A DNA stretch of 64,000 bases, taken from Escherichia phage vB_Eco_QOTSP. Shown in pieces: positions 38,801 through 49,148 of this stretch. How positions within the stretch are numbered: position 1 is the first letter of the stretch; each line of letters begins with the position of its first letter. The stretch is from sequence record OY720014. One strand, written 5' to 3'. Under the pieces are notes generated by a model, which worked only from the letters and a program-made list of their open reading frames with translations, made no database searches and was not told the DNA's origin. Position numbers and translations under genes: made by a program.

Positions 38801-39115
38801 ATGGAGGTAATGATGTTATACTCAAAGGCTCGTGAAATTTATGAAACTAAAATTAAAGAAGCAGTATTTCAGTTCGCAACAACGATGCGATGGACAAATG
38901 ATTGGGAGTATTCAAAAAATCATAAGAAGCCCTTGGTGACAAGAAAGGCTCATATGTTAGTGTTAATAGACCGTGAGCAGATTAAAGCCCGAGAAGCCCT
39001 CCAGAATCATAAAAAGGCTGCCTTTGAATGGTTTATGGATAACACTGCTCCTGAGACTAAGAAAGCAGTGAGCGCGTGGTTCAGTGGAAAAAATTGTGAA
39101 AGAAGTTTCTTTTAG
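38801..39115 (+). CDS. hypothetical protein
   Basis: 104-aa ORF; true start may be ATG near 38810-38813 after GGAGG. Confidence 0.5.
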   Translation: MEVMMLYSKAREIYETKIKEAVFQFATTMRWTNDWEYSKNHKKPLVTRKAHMLVLIDREQIKAREALQNHKKAAFEWFMDNTAPETKKAVSAWFSGKNCERSFF

Positions 39116-39117
39116 TT

Positions 39118-39147
39118 GTTTACAAGACCGTTCCTCTGTGGTACTAT
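39118..39147 (+). promoter_or_regulatory. early promoter (GTTTAC -35, TACTAT -10)
   Basis: GTTTAC, 18-nt spacer, TACTAT; ACAACTATCAA box. Confidence 0.65.
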
Positions 39148-39175
39148 ACAACTATCAACTACGGAGGAACAGAAA

Positions 39176-39703
39176 ATGAATGCTAAAGATATTTTCAACT
39201 TGGTAAACTACAATGATGGTAAATTTAAATCTGAAGCTCAAAGCAAGTTCTTTAATGACATCTCAATTGGAGGTGAAATCACGGTTGATGGAGGACAAAT
39301 TTACAAATCTCGTTGGAATTGGATCGTTATTATCGATGAGATTGGTATTGTAGAAATTTACAAAAATACGAATAAAAATCGTACATTACACTGGTCTCGT
39401 GATACTAACGAACAGTACAAAAAGGATAAAGCATCTAAATTATCTCGTGTAACTCAAGAAGATATTGAGTTCATCAAGAAAGATATTTTGATGTATGATA
39501 ACTTAATTGCTGAAGAGCAAGCTGTTATTGATAAATTTGACGAGATTAAAGCTTCTCGTGAAATTCCTGATTTTATGAAAGAATCAGTAAATGAACGATA
39601 CACTCTCATTTCAGAGCGTATTGAAACTTACAAAAAGCAAAGAGCTGAACGCCAGAATACTCTTCGGAAGTTTGAAGAACGGTTAAAGACGGTACTCGCA
39701 TAA
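39176..39703 (+). CDS. hypothetical protein
   Basis: ORF track 39116..39703 (TTG) trimmed to ATG 39176 after GGAGGAA; 175 aa. Confidence 0.6.
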   Translation: MNAKDIFNLVNYNDGKFKSEAQSKFFNDISIGGEITVDGGQIYKSRWNWIVIIDEIGIVEIYKNTNKNRTLHWSRDTNEQYKKDKASKLSRVTQEDIEFIKKDILMYDNLIAEEQAVIDKFDEIKASREIPDFMKESVNERYTLISERIETYKKQRAERQNTLRKFEERLKTVLA

Positions 39704-39758
39704 CCGCTTTATACCAAGGATGGTATAATGGTTCTAAGCCCTTTTAATTGAGATTATT

Positions 39759-40166
39759 ATGAAACAGTTGATAATTAAAAGATTGAATTTATTGATATGT
39801 TGTTTATGTATAGTAATTGCATATGGTTATTACGCAATTAATGATTATATGCATTATAAAGATTATGATGTTACTGTAGTTAATACCCTTACAGGAACTC
39901 AAGGAAAGGGGTCTAGTTTATCGTTTATTGCCGTATATGAACTCAAAGACGGTTATAGATTTAGTGAATATATTTCCCCAGAGATGTATTCATCAATAGA
40001 AAAAGGCGATAATATTACTGTAAGTTTACGTCCTTTCGACGTAAAACAGACATTGTTTGATAATATTGTTTGGTTCTTTGGAATGGTATTAGTTCAATCT
40101 GTATGCGGTGCTTATATAGTCTTTTCCATCATATTCTGTGTATTTAGTAAAATTGAAATTGAGTGA
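39759..40166 (+). CDS. membrane protein
   Basis: 135 aa with hydrophobic segments at both ends. Confidence 0.6.
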   Translation: MKQLIIKRLNLLICCLCIVIAYGYYAINDYMHYKDYDVTVVNTLTGTQGKGSSLSFIAVYELKDGYRFSEYISPEMYSSIEKGDNITVSLRPFDVKQTLFDNIVWFFGMVLVQSVCGAYIVFSIIFCVFSKIEIE

Positions 40167-40173
40167 GGAAAAT

Positions 40174-41061
40174 ATGTCAGTAGTAATTAATAATGTCAAT
40201 ACAGTAATTAAATCTTTAGTTAATAAAAAAATGAATGAATGGACTGTACTTCGTCGTGGAGAGCCAGATAAATTTTTTCATAGATTTAACCCAACTTTGG
40301 ATTTGAATGTTATTGACAGAGATGTTCATGCAGAAATTTTAGATAAGTTTAAAGTTGATATTGGATTTGGATTAGAAAAACACTTACAGCGAACAAACGG
40401 GTCTGGAATGGGTTTATCTAATCGCATTATGAAAGCCCTTAATAAAATTGGAGCATTGTCTCGTATTAATGCAAGTGAAATTCTTCGCAATTATAATAAA
40501 GGCTATGATCTTTACGGTCGACTAATGCCGAAATTATCATTTGACCAAATGATCGCAGATTTGTGGGAAAATCAACGACGATTATTAGCATTAGGCGCTC
40601 GATTAGCTAAAGGTCTAGATAAACAAATGATTTTTAAGACCAATAATACAGAAGACCTTAAATGCTTTAAATTTAGTATTCGCGGCGATGATTATTACGT
40701 CAGAGCTCGCTCTACAGATTATGTTAATATGGGGCATCATCTCTGTTTAGCTTTTGAAGTTTTAAAAGAAGCCGGAACATTAGAATATGTGTCTGGTGCT
40801 AAATGCCCGATTGGTTCAAGTTGTATTTTAATTTATCGCCCGGATGAATCCAGTTTAACTAAATTGCCTACAAAACCTGTACCAGTTCGCAGTAATGAAA
40901 AACATTCTGAGCAAATTGATTATTTTAATAAGCAAATTGAAGAGCTGAATATTTCTATTCAACAGTATGACGATGAAATTTTCAGACTATCTGGATTGAG
41001 TAGTAAAGCTAAATCTGAGCGTGAAAAATTAATTAAAATTGTTGATTTACTTAAATCTTAA
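40174..41061 (+). CDS. hypothetical protein with C-terminal coiled coil (array member 1)
   Basis: ORF track 40138..41061 trimmed to ATG 40174 after GAGGAAAA; 295 aa. Confidence 0.6.
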   Translation: MSVVINNVNTVIKSLVNKKMNEWTVLRRGEPDKFFHRFNPTLDLNVIDRDVHAEILDKFKVDIGFGLEKHLQRTNGSGMGLSNRIMKALNKIGALSRINASEILRNYNKGYDLYGRLMPKLSFDQMIADLWENQRRLLALGARLAKGLDKQMIFKTNNTEDLKCFKFSIRGDDYYVRARSTDYVNMGHHLCLAFEVLKEAGTLEYVSGAKCPIGSSCILIYRPDESSLTKLPTKPVPVRSNEKHSEQIDYFNKQIEELNISIQQYDDEIFRLSGLSSKAKSEREKLIKIVDLLKS

Positions 41062-41069
41062 GGAACACC

Positions 41070-42089
41070 ATGAAAACTCGTTCTCAAATTGAAGATATGG
41101 TTCGTAATGCCAGCTATACCCGTAATGTTATGACATTTTTGTGCCAAAATAATTTAGACCCTGATAAAGTTAATCGTGATATTCACTTTAAGTATATGAA
41201 TAGCAGTGAATGGTTACGTCATTTTAGTAAAGCGGGATATATTACACAAATGACTGCTCGTGAGCAGCTCACCGATTTCTGTAAAACTATTGATTATAAA
41301 AATCCTCTATTTGTTCAAGGCGTTGGTCAGAGTAAGGTTGATTTATCAACAGGATTTTTTAATCCAAATCATTATCGTCTTGAATGGAGATTTATTGCTC
41401 TATTCCGTAAACAATTAAAGCAAATTTTGTCGACGGCTAGTCGATTAAAAGGTTCTGACATTAACTTAAAGAACCTGAAATTTGATGGTTATACTCTTCA
41501 GATGGAAGTAAGACCATTAAAAGAAAATAATAGAACTGCACGAATTAGCTTTAAACCTAATACAAAAAATTCTCTTTCAATTTGCGAATGCCTTAAATCG
41601 CAGTTGACAGAAGCATTTAAGTATATGGATGTTGTTGCCGCTGTTCATTCTAAGATTTTACCTCGTTTTGAGCGAAATTGGGAACATACAACAACATATG
41701 AACTTGATATGATCGTTTCATTTAAATACGATTTTTTGAGAAAGGATGAAGTCCCGCAAGAGAAAAAGCAAGAAGTGCAAGATAACTTAAATTTATCTAA
41801 TTACTCATCAAACGATCCTAAATTTTGGATGTATAGTTCAGGCAATAAAGATGCATGGAAATTCAATAAAGTGAATTTTCTTCCTATTGAAAATCCGAGT
41901 CTTAAACCTGTTGAAAAATGGCACGCGGATGCGATTGAGAAGTCTATCAAGGCAGTAGATGATGAACTCGTTAAAGCGACCAATGAAGTGCTAGAAGCTG
42001 AAAAGATGCTAGAAAAAGCTCAAGAAAAAGTCAAAAATCTCACGAAGCAACGTTCTAAACTGAACAACGCACTAAATGCACTGAACTAG
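41070..42089 (+). CDS. hypothetical protein with C-terminal coiled coil (array member 2)
   Basis: 339 aa; C-terminal ...EAEKMLEKAQEKVKNLTKQRSKLNNALNALN. Confidence 0.6.
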   Translation: MKTRSQIEDMVRNASYTRNVMTFLCQNNLDPDKVNRDIHFKYMNSSEWLRHFSKAGYITQMTAREQLTDFCKTIDYKNPLFVQGVGQSKVDLSTGFFNPNHYRLEWRFIALFRKQLKQILSTASRLKGSDINLKNLKFDGYTLQMEVRPLKENNRTARISFKPNTKNSLSICECLKSQLTEAFKYMDVVAAVHSKILPRFERNWEHTTTYELDMIVSFKYDFLRKDEVPQEKKQEVQDNLNLSNYSSNDPKFWMYSSGNKDAWKFNKVNFLPIENPSLKPVEKWHADAIEKSIKAVDDELVKATNEVLEAEKMLEKAQEKVKNLTKQRSKLNNALNALN

Positions 42090-42118
42090 TTTACTTCGCC
42101 ACAAGGATGTGGTATAAT
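42089..42118 (+). promoter_or_regulatory. early promoter (GTTTAC -35, extended TGgTATAAT -10)
   Basis: GTTTAC, 18-nt spacer, TATAAT with upstream TG. Confidence 0.7.
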
Positions 42119-42146
42119 GTTCTTACTTTCTACTGAGGAGATTAAT

Positions 42147-43148
42147 ATGACTCGTAACGAATATATCAAATCATTCAATAGCGTTATTGATGATAAAGTT
42201 ATACCGCTGTTTGGCCAAAATAGTGTTCTTTCTATTATCAATCAATGGCTCAATAATATTGATGCAAGTATTGTTTCTTCCGGCAAATTTATTCATGAAG
42301 TTCATGAAATTTCTAGTCGTACAAATAAAGATGCCATTAAGAAAACCTTTAAAGGATCTCGTCTTCTTTCATATTTGGTTAATCGGGATATTCTTGGTAA
42401 TTTTGGGAAAGAAATTAAACGAACCAAAGATGTAGTAGGATATAATTGGTTCGGTGATGTTAATTCTTATCATCTTAATATCAAAGAAGACCCTGAGAAT
42501 ATTTTTACTCGTCGTTGGATTAGTAATTTCAGACTTTTCAAAGGACAAATTCTAAAATCAGCTTCTAAATTATGTTATGGCGATTATCGTCAAATTCATC
42601 CTTTGGCTTCTGATATGATTATCGTAAAAGAATATGAGCTTGATAAAAATAAAGTAGCTATTTTTGTGAATTATGGATTTTTTACACCAGCAGCTAATCA
42701 AAAGAACATTAATAAATTTTTCTCAATTGCTAGCACTATAACTCATCAATTAGAGACGGCTTTGGGCTGTATGGAAACTGTAAAAAGTATTCATACATAT
42801 CCTTTCAAAAATATGTGTGGATGGGAAGGATATAAAATTATAATTAGTCTTCGTGAAGTAAAGTGTGCGTACTCACCGACTAATAAAGAAATTTACCAAC
42901 AAAAATGTGATGAAATTGTGAATACTCCTAAAGAAGAAACTACCCTTGAGGAACTAATGGAATGTCTTGATGATTCACCTGAACCGGTAGAAATTCGTCC
43001 AGAAGTTATTGCGCTAGAAAAAGCTTATAAAGAAGTTCTAGAAATTTCTAATAAAGCGCACAAAGAATATGAGCAGGCTAAAAAGATTTGGGAAGAATCC
43101 GTTAATCGTCTTGATCGTCTAGAACAAGCTTTACAGTTAATTAAGTAA
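42147..43148 (+). CDS. hypothetical protein with C-terminal coiled coil (array member 3)
   Basis: ORF track 42117..43148 trimmed to ATG 42147 after GAGGAG; 333 aa. Confidence 0.6.
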   Translation: MTRNEYIKSFNSVIDDKVIPLFGQNSVLSIINQWLNNIDASIVSSGKFIHEVHEISSRTNKDAIKKTFKGSRLLSYLVNRDILGNFGKEIKRTKDVVGYNWFGDVNSYHLNIKEDPENIFTRRWISNFRLFKGQILKSASKLCYGDYRQIHPLASDMIIVKEYELDKNKVAIFVNYGFFTPAANQKNINKFFSIASTITHQLETALGCMETVKSIHTYPFKNMCGWEGYKIIISLREVKCAYSPTNKEIYQQKCDEIVNTPKEETTLEELMECLDDSPEPVEIRPEVIALEKAYKEVLEISNKAHKEYEQAKKIWEESVNRLDRLEQALQLIK

Positions 43149-43202
43149 AATTTAAAGCCAAGGATGGCTCGGAGTATAAATCATTAACCAAGTGAGAAGA
43201 AC

Positions 43203-44129
43203 ATGAAAACTCGTAAACATTATATTGATTATTTTGACAGTCTTATTACTAAACATCGTGATTATCAGATAGGACACAGAGCAGTAATCAATAATATTCT
43301 TCGTGATTTTTTAGATTATACTGGACAGGAAAATCATATCTGTAAGGATACTCAGAATGCGTATTCACAATCTCTTGGTTCTTTACTTGAGTGGTTCAAG
43401 CGTTCTCGTGTGTTATCTTCTACTGTAGCTCGTGAGAACATTAAAAAATTTATGTATCCAAGCTACATTGAGACTAATGTATCAAATGCTAGTGTTGTTA
43501 CATTTAATATTATTAACGACGTGAAAAGAACTTATTTAGAAGAATGGTTTTCTAAAAATAGTAAAGAAAAATTTACTAGTGAGTTTTCACGCGAATTCAA
43601 TAATAACGTGAATATGCTTTTTAAGCATTCTCGTAGACTGTTTTGTCATGGCGATGATCGTACTATTAATGTGAATGTAAAAGACTGGGTTACGGCTAAA
43701 TTCATTCCATCATCCCAGAATAAATCATCTGAATTATCAGTTATTATCTGTGCTCCGCACGAGATATATAAAAATCTTCCGTATATGAAACCGCGTGAAG
43801 CTAATAAACACAATGAAACAATTCGTTCTTTGACTTATAATTTGCGTATGTTATTATCTAAAATGGATGTAGTTGAATCCTTTGATGATAATACAAATTA
43901 TGGTCTTTCGTTGTTTGAAACTAAAGTTGTTATTAAGTTAAAGGACCCTAGTGAATTTAAACCTACGTCAAAACCCAATCATGGGAATGATACTATGAAA
44001 GAAGAACGCGAATATCTCAATACTCGTTTGATTGAAGTTGAAGCCCAAATTGCAGAACACACCAAATTGTTAAAAGCTCTTAATGCAAAAGCAAATGGTT
44101 TACGTAATGCTATTGAGGTATTGAAATGA
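43203..44129 (+). CDS. hypothetical protein with C-terminal coiled coil (array member 4)
   Basis: 308 aa; C-terminal ...[31 protein letters not shown]. Confidence 0.6.
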   Translation: MKTRKHYIDYFDSLITKHRDYQIGHRAVINNILRDFLDYTGQENHICKDTQNAYSQSLGSLLEWFKRSRVLSSTVARENIKKFMYPSYIETNVSNASVVTFNIINDVKRTYLEEWFSKNSKEKFTSEFSREFNNNVNMLFKHSRRLFCHGDDRTINVNVKDWVTAKFIPSSQNKSSELSVIICAPHEIYKNLPYMKPREANKHNETIRSLTYNLRMLLSKMDVVESFDDNTNYGLSLFETKVVIKLKDPSEFKPTSKPNHGNDTMKEEREYLNTRLIEVEAQIAEHTKLLKALNAKANGLRNAIEVLK

Positions 44130-44515
44130 AAAAGCGTCTATTAGAAGATATTGCAGCTTCTAGTAATTCCAGTCTAATTAAAATTATTATGGCTGGTGAA
44201 GAAGACGATCTGGAAATGCGTGGAAAGATTCACGGCTGCGACGATTTAGATTTTAAACCTCCAGCATGGGATGCTATTATGGCTATGGTTGAACGACGTG
44301 AAAGAGCTTCTAAAAACGTTCCTAATTGCCCTGAATGCGGTACTGAACAAGTTCAATTGATTAACTGGCGTAAACCAGAGCTTGAATATAAATGCCGTCA
44401 TTGTAAACATAAATTTAATAAGCATGCTCCGGAAATGGTTAAATTGCCTGACTCTACTGAGTTCTTTAAAGAACTTGTGAGTGTTCAACCAATGCCTAAT
44501 AATATTTTGGATTAA
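44126..44515 (+). CDS. zinc-ribbon protein
   Basis: 129 aa; CPECG ... CRHCKHKF Cys4 zinc-ribbon arrangement. Confidence 0.6.
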   Translation: MKKRLLEDIAASSNSSLIKIIMAGEEDDLEMRGKIHGCDDLDFKPPAWDAIMAMVERRERASKNVPNCPECGTEQVQLINWRKPELEYKCRHCKHKFNKHAPEMVKLPDSTEFFKELVSVQPMPNNILD

Positions 44516-44517
44516 AA

Positions 44518-44760
44518 ATGACCAAGCGTAAAGAATATATGGAGACTGCTAAAAAGGCAGTCCGTGAATTAGCAATAGCTTATTATAATGAACATGGTAA
44601 ATTTCCTGATAGATACAGCGTGCTTAAATCTGCTTTAACTCGTTCATATAAAAATATGCTATCAGAAGTAAGTGATATTATATACAAACATAAAGAACAA
44701 ACGGGCCAAAGTCTTGATTACGACGAGACTTTTAAACAAGTACTAGGAATTAAGGAATAA
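44518..44760 (+). CDS. hypothetical protein
   Basis: 80-aa ORF directly upstream of nrdC. Confidence 0.55.
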   Translation: MTKRKEYMETAKKAVRELAIAYYNEHGKFPDRYSVLKSALTRSYKNMLSEVSDIIYKHKEQTGQSLDYDETFKQVLGIKE

Positions 44761-44761
44761 T

Positions 44762-45025
44762 ATGTTTAAAGTATATGGTTATGATAACAACATCCATAAA
44801 TGTGTGTATTGCGATAATGCAAAACGTCTTTTGACTGTGAAGAAACAGCCGTTTGAATTTATCAACATTATGCCGGAAAAAGGTGTTTTTGATGATGAGA
44901 AAATTGCTGAGCTTCTGACTAAACTGGGTCGTGATACTCAAATTGGCTTGACGATGCCTCAAGTATTTGCTCCTGATGGAAGTCATATTGGTGGATTTGA
45001 CCAATTGCGGGAATACTTTAAATGA
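44762..45025 (+). CDS. nrdC: phage thioredoxin/glutaredoxin NrdC
   Basis: 87 aa; MFKVYGYDNNIHKCVYCDNAKRLL with CVYC active site, recognised as T4 thioredoxin. Confidence 0.95.
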   Translation: MFKVYGYDNNIHKCVYCDNAKRLLTVKKQPFEFINIMPEKGVFDDEKIAELLTKLGRDTQIGLTMPQVFAPDGSHIGGFDQLREYFK

Positions 45026-45237
45026 TGCTCGAAGGAACTGACTATATTCATGATTACCGCGGAAGCGCGGTATATGTAGGTGATGAAGTTGCAGTTTATT
45101 ATGGGTATGGAACTTTGATGACAGCAAAGGTTATTCAAATTAAAAATAATCGTGCTAAACTTGAAGTTTATTATTCTAATGGTGAAAAGTCTATTTCTAA
45201 GTGGAAATACGGCGATTGTATGGTCAAACTGGGGTAA
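45022..45237 (+). CDS. hypothetical protein
   Basis: 71-aa ORF overlapping nrdC stop. Confidence 0.5.
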   Translation: MMLEGTDYIHDYRGSAVYVGDEVAVYYGYGTLMTAKVIQIKNNRAKLEVYYSNGEKSISKWKYGDCMVKLG

Positions 45238-45239
45238 AT

Positions 45240-45410
45240 ATGATTTACGATATTAATGTAGCAAAAGCTCCGTCAATGGTTACTATTCCTGCTGAAGAAC
45301 TAGATCGTCTTCATAAAATTGAAGAACTTCTTTGGGAAATTGAATCTGATTTGCCATCAGGATTAGAATCCTGGATTGATTATGAAGAACTTAATAAGCT
45401 TCGGGGTTAA
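45240..45410 (+). CDS. small acidic protein (56 aa)
   Basis: ORF track 45201..45410 trimmed to ATG 45240. Confidence 0.45.
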   Translation: MIYDINVAKAPSMVTIPAEELDRLHKIEELLWEIESDLPSGLESWIDYEELNKLRG

Positions 45411-45532
45411 ACCTTGGTGGGCGGCTAGATGGGAAACTGTAGAGCCAGAGCCGGAAGAACCGGTTTACACTGATGAAGAAACAGTATATAATGAACCAAC
45501 GATAAATGACTTAATTGATATGGAGATGGGAC

Positions 45533-46018
45533 ATGATTACAGTAGATAAGTGGTTTAGAATTAATCGTGCTGATACAGGGCTGTGTAATTACTGGCCGGA
45601 ACTTAGCGCAGGTACTGTCTTTAAAGTTCGTGAACTTGCAAAAGAATGTGAAGATGATATAGAGCCTGATACTGGAATTATTGAAATTGAACTTTCCGAC
45701 GGAAAGATTATTAATATCTATGATAAGCCAATTACGTATTGGTGCTTGTGGAATACTGAATCAGTAGAAAATGGCGAAATTGAAGAAGTTGTAGATAGAA
45801 CTAATCAAGTTGTTCAGAAGCCTAAAGCTGATTTTCAAGGTGAACGTATTTCATACGCATTAGCTAAATTAGCTGCACAAGAAAATAATGATGGCTATGA
45901 AGGAAATTTAATGCAAGCTGCCGCAGAGTACATTGAATGGCTTGAAACTCAAATTTCTTTTTCTGACCGAATGATTCAGCAATATAAGCGATTGCATCAA
46001 ATGTTTTACAATACTTGA
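45533..46018 (+). CDS. hypothetical protein; size and position consistent with T4 Pin (tentative)
   Basis: ORF track 45515..46018 trimmed to ATG 45533 after GGAGATGGG; 161 aa, lying between nrdC and 49. Confidence 0.5.
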   Translation: MITVDKWFRINRADTGLCNYWPELSAGTVFKVRELAKECEDDIEPDTGIIEIELSDGKIINIYDKPITYWCLWNTESVENGEIEEVVDRTNQVVQKPKADFQGERISYALAKLAAQENNDGYEGNLMQAAAEYIEWLETQISFSDRMIQQYKRLHQMFYNT

Positions 46019-46060
46019 AAATAATAAATACCCTTATCTATTTAAGGTAAGGGTTTTATT

Positions 46061-46534
46061 ATGTTATTGACTGGCAAATTATATAAAGAAGAAAAACAAA
46101 AATTTTATGATGCACAAAACGGTAAATGCTTAATTTGCCAACGAGAACTAAATCCTGATGTTCAAGCTAATCACCTCGATCATGACCATGAATTAAATGG
46201 ACCAAAAGCAGGAAAGGTACGTGGATTGCTTTGTAATCTCTGCAATGCTGCAGAAGGTCAAATGAAACATAAATTTAATCGCTCTGGTTTAAAGGGACAA
46301 GGCGTTGATTATCTTGAATGGTTAGAAAATTTACTTACTTATTTAAAATCCGATTACACCCAAAATAATATTCACCCTAACTTTGTTGGAGATAAATCAA
46401 AGGAATTTTCTCGTTTAGGAAAAGAGGAAATGATGGCCGAGATGCTTCAAAGAGGATTTGAATATAATGAATCTGACACCAAAACACAGTTAATAGCTTC
46501 ATTTAAGAAGCAGCTTAGAAAGAGTTTAAAATGA
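46061..46534 (+). CDS. 49: endonuclease VII (Holliday junction resolvase) gp49
   Basis: 157 aa; CxxC ... HLDHDHELNG ... CNLCN motifs; T4 gp49 size. Confidence 0.92.
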   Translation: MLLTGKLYKEEKQKFYDAQNGKCLICQRELNPDVQANHLDHDHELNGPKAGKVRGLLCNLCNAAEGQMKHKFNRSGLKGQGVDYLEWLENLLTYLKSDYTQNNIHPNFVGDKSKEFSRLGKEEMMAEMLQRGFEYNESDTKTQLIASFKKQLRKSLK

Positions 46535-48348
46535 CAATTGAAAAAGAAATTGAAGGATTGATTCATAAAACTAATAAAGACCTTTTAAACGAGAATGCTA
46601 ATAAAGATTCTCGTGTTTTTCCAACTCAACGGGACCTTATGGCTGGTATTGTGTCTAAACACATTGCCAAAAATATGGTCCCGTCTTTTATTATGAAAGC
46701 GCATGAAAGCGGAATTATCCATTTCCATGATATTGATTATTCCCCTGCTCTTCCATTTACTAATTGCTGTTTAGTAGATTTAAAAGGAATGCTTGAGAAC
46801 GGATTTAAGCTTGGTAATGCGCAGATTGAAACTCCTAAATCAATCGGTGTTGCTACTGCAATTATGGCACAAATTACTGCGCAAGTTGCTTCCCATCAAT
46901 ACGGCGGAACGACTTTTGCTAATGTAGATAAAGTACTTTCTCCTTATGTTAAACGCACCTATGCAAAACATATTGAGGATGCAGAAAAATGGCAAATCGC
47001 TGATGCGTTGAATTATGCTCAATCTAAAACAGAAAAAGACGTATACGATGCATTCCAAGCTTATGAATATGAAGTAAATACTCTCTTTAGTTCAAACGGG
47101 CAAACACCTTTTGTAACAATTACATTTGGTACGGGAACTGACTGGACTGAACGAATGATTCAGAAAGCAATTCTGAAAAATCGTATTAAAGGTCTCGGTC
47201 GTGATGGGATAACTCCTATTTTTCCTAAGCTTGTTATGTTCGTCGAAGAAGGCGTTAATCTTTACAAAGACGATCCGAGCTATGATATTAAGCTGCTTGC
47301 TCTAGAGTGTGCAAGCAAAAGGATGTATCCTGATATTATTTCAGCTAAGAACAATAAAGCTATTACTGGTTCATCTGTTCCTGTTTCTCCAATGGGTTGC
47401 CGTAGTTTCTTGAGCGTATGGAAAGATTCGACTGGTAATGAAATTCTTGATGGACGTAATAATCTTGGTGTTGTAACACTGAATCTTCCTCGTATTGCAT
47501 TAGATTCTTATATTGGAACACAGTTCAATGAACAGAAATTTGTTGAATTGTTCAATGAACGAATGGATTTGTGTTTTGAAGCTTTGATGTGTAGAATTAG
47601 TTCCTTAAAAGGAGTTAAAGCGACTGTTGCTCCTATTCTTTACCAAGAAGGTGCATTTGGGGTTCGTCTTAAACCTGATGACGACATAATTGAGTTATTT
47701 AAAAACGGTAGAAGTTCAGTGTCTTTAGGATACATTGGTATTCACGAATTGAATATTCTTGTCGGTCGTGATATTGGACAAGAAATTTTAACTAAAATGA
47801 ATGCCCATCTTAAACAGTGGACTGAAAGAACCGGATTTGCTTTTAGTTTATATTCGACTCCTGCTGAAAACCTTTGTTATCGCTTCTGTAAACTTGATAC
47901 AGAAAAATATGGAAGTGTAAAAGATGTTACCGATAAAGGCTGGTACACTAACAGTTTCCATGTTTCAGTAGAAGAAAATATTACTCCGTTTGAAAAGATT
48001 TCTCGTGAAGCGCCATATCATTTCATTGCGACAGGTGGTCACATTTCTTATGTTGAACTTCCTGATATGAAAAATAACCTAAAAGGTCTTGAGGCTGTAT
48101 GGGATTATGCTGCACAACATTTAGATTATTTTGGTGTTAACATGCCGGTAGATAAATGTTTTACATGCGGAAGTACCCATGAAATGACTCCTACTGAAAA
48201 CGGATTTGTTTGTTCTATTTGTGGAGAAACTGATCCTAAAAAGATGAACACAATAAGAAGAACATGTGGTTATTTGGGAAATCCGAACGAACGCGGATTT
48301 AATCTCGGTAAAAATAAAGAAATCATGCATAGGGTTAAACACCAATGA
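46531..48348 (+). CDS. nrdD: anaerobic ribonucleoside-triphosphate reductase NrdD (uninterrupted)
   Basis: 605-aa continuous ORF; C-terminal glycyl-radical motif RRTCGYLG and zinc-ribbon CxxC pairs. Confidence 0.95.
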   Translation: MTIEKEIEGLIHKTNKDLLNENANKDSRVFPTQRDLMAGIVSKHIAKNMVPSFIMKAHESGIIHFHDIDYSPALPFTNCCLVDLKGMLENGFKLGNAQIETPKSIGVATAIMAQITAQVASHQYGGTTFANVDKVLSPYVKRTYAKHIEDAEKWQIADALNYAQSKTEKDVYDAFQAYEYEVNTLFSSNGQTPFVTITFGTGTDWTERMIQKAILKNRIKGLGRDGITPIFPKLVMFVEEGVNLYKDDPSYDIKLLALECASKRMYPDIISAKNNKAITGSSVPVSPMGCRSFLSVWKDSTGNEILDGRNNLGVVTLNLPRIALDSYIGTQFNEQKFVELFNERMDLCFEALMCRISSLKGVKATVAPILYQEGAFGVRLKPDDDIIELFKNGRSSVSLGYIGIHELNILVGRDIGQEILTKMNAHLKQWTERTGFAFSLYSTPAENLCYRFCKLDTEKYGSVKDVTDKGWYTNSFHVSVEENITPFEKISREAPYHFIATGGHISYVELPDMKNNLKGLEAVWDYAAQHLDYFGVNMPVDKCFTCGSTHEMTPTENGFVCSICGETDPKKMNTIRRTCGYLGNPNERGFNLGKNKEIMHRVKHQ

Positions 48349-48815
48349 ATTATGATAGATTTTATCCTTGCGATTTTGTGAATGGCCCTGGTTGCAGGGT
48401 CGTTCTTTTCGTTACAGGTTGTTTGCATAAATGCGAAGGGTGTTATAATAAATCAACATGGAATGCTAGAAATGGTATTCCATTCACTGGTGAAACACTA
48501 GAACAATTAATTGAATGTTTGAATAATGATTATATAGAAGGATTAACTATAACTGGAGGAGACCCTCTCTATCCTGATAATCGAGATGTTATTCATTGCA
48601 TTGTTCAAACAGTAAAAAATCTTTATCCCAATAAAAGCATTTGGTTGTGGACAGGATATAAATTTGAAGATATTAAACAACTAGAAATGCTTAAATATGT
48701 TGATGTTATTATTGATGGGAAGTATGATAAAAATCTTCCGACCAAAAAGCTGTGGAGAGGATCAGATAATCAGCGGCTTTGGTCAAATACCGATGGGGTG
48801 TGGAAACATGATTAA
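48345..48815 (+). CDS. nrdG: anaerobic RNR activating protein NrdG (radical SAM)
   Basis: 156 aa; CLHKCEGC radical-SAM cysteine motif. Confidence 0.92.
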   Translation: MNYDRFYPCDFVNGPGCRVVLFVTGCLHKCEGCYNKSTWNARNGIPFTGETLEQLIECLNNDYIEGLTITGGDPLYPDNRDVIHCIVQTVKNLYPNKSIWLWTGYKFEDIKQLEMLKYVDVIIDGKYDKNLPTKKLWRGSDNQRLWSNTDGVWKHD

Positions 48816-48930
48816 ATTGAATTACATTATGGATACTATAAATGATATGATTTTTCATTTTGGTCCAGAATTTTATTCGCAGTATAGTTTAGTGCTTATC
48901 AATGCTTGGTTAATCAATTAAGGGTAAAAT

Positions 48931-49146
48931 ATGTATAAATTTCGTAAAGGTTTAGCTGATTTTCTTACAACTGTAACATTCTTTTTGTTTATGGCAGTTG
49001 GAGCTATTTTCCTTATTCCTTTTATTGCTATATTTTTCGTGATTAGTTTGATTTCTCCAGAAAAGGGCTTATCTTCTAGTGAGTTCAATGAGCGTCTGGA
49101 TAAAATTACTAACAAGCTGAATTCTGTTCTTGATAAAAAGGCTTAA
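48931..49146 (+). CDS. small membrane protein
   Basis: 71 aa with two hydrophobic helices. Confidence 0.5.
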   Translation: MYKFRKGLADFLTTVTFFLFMAVGAIFLIPFIAIFFVISLISPEKGLSSSEFNERLDKITNKLNSVLDKKA

Positions 49147-49148
49147 TT

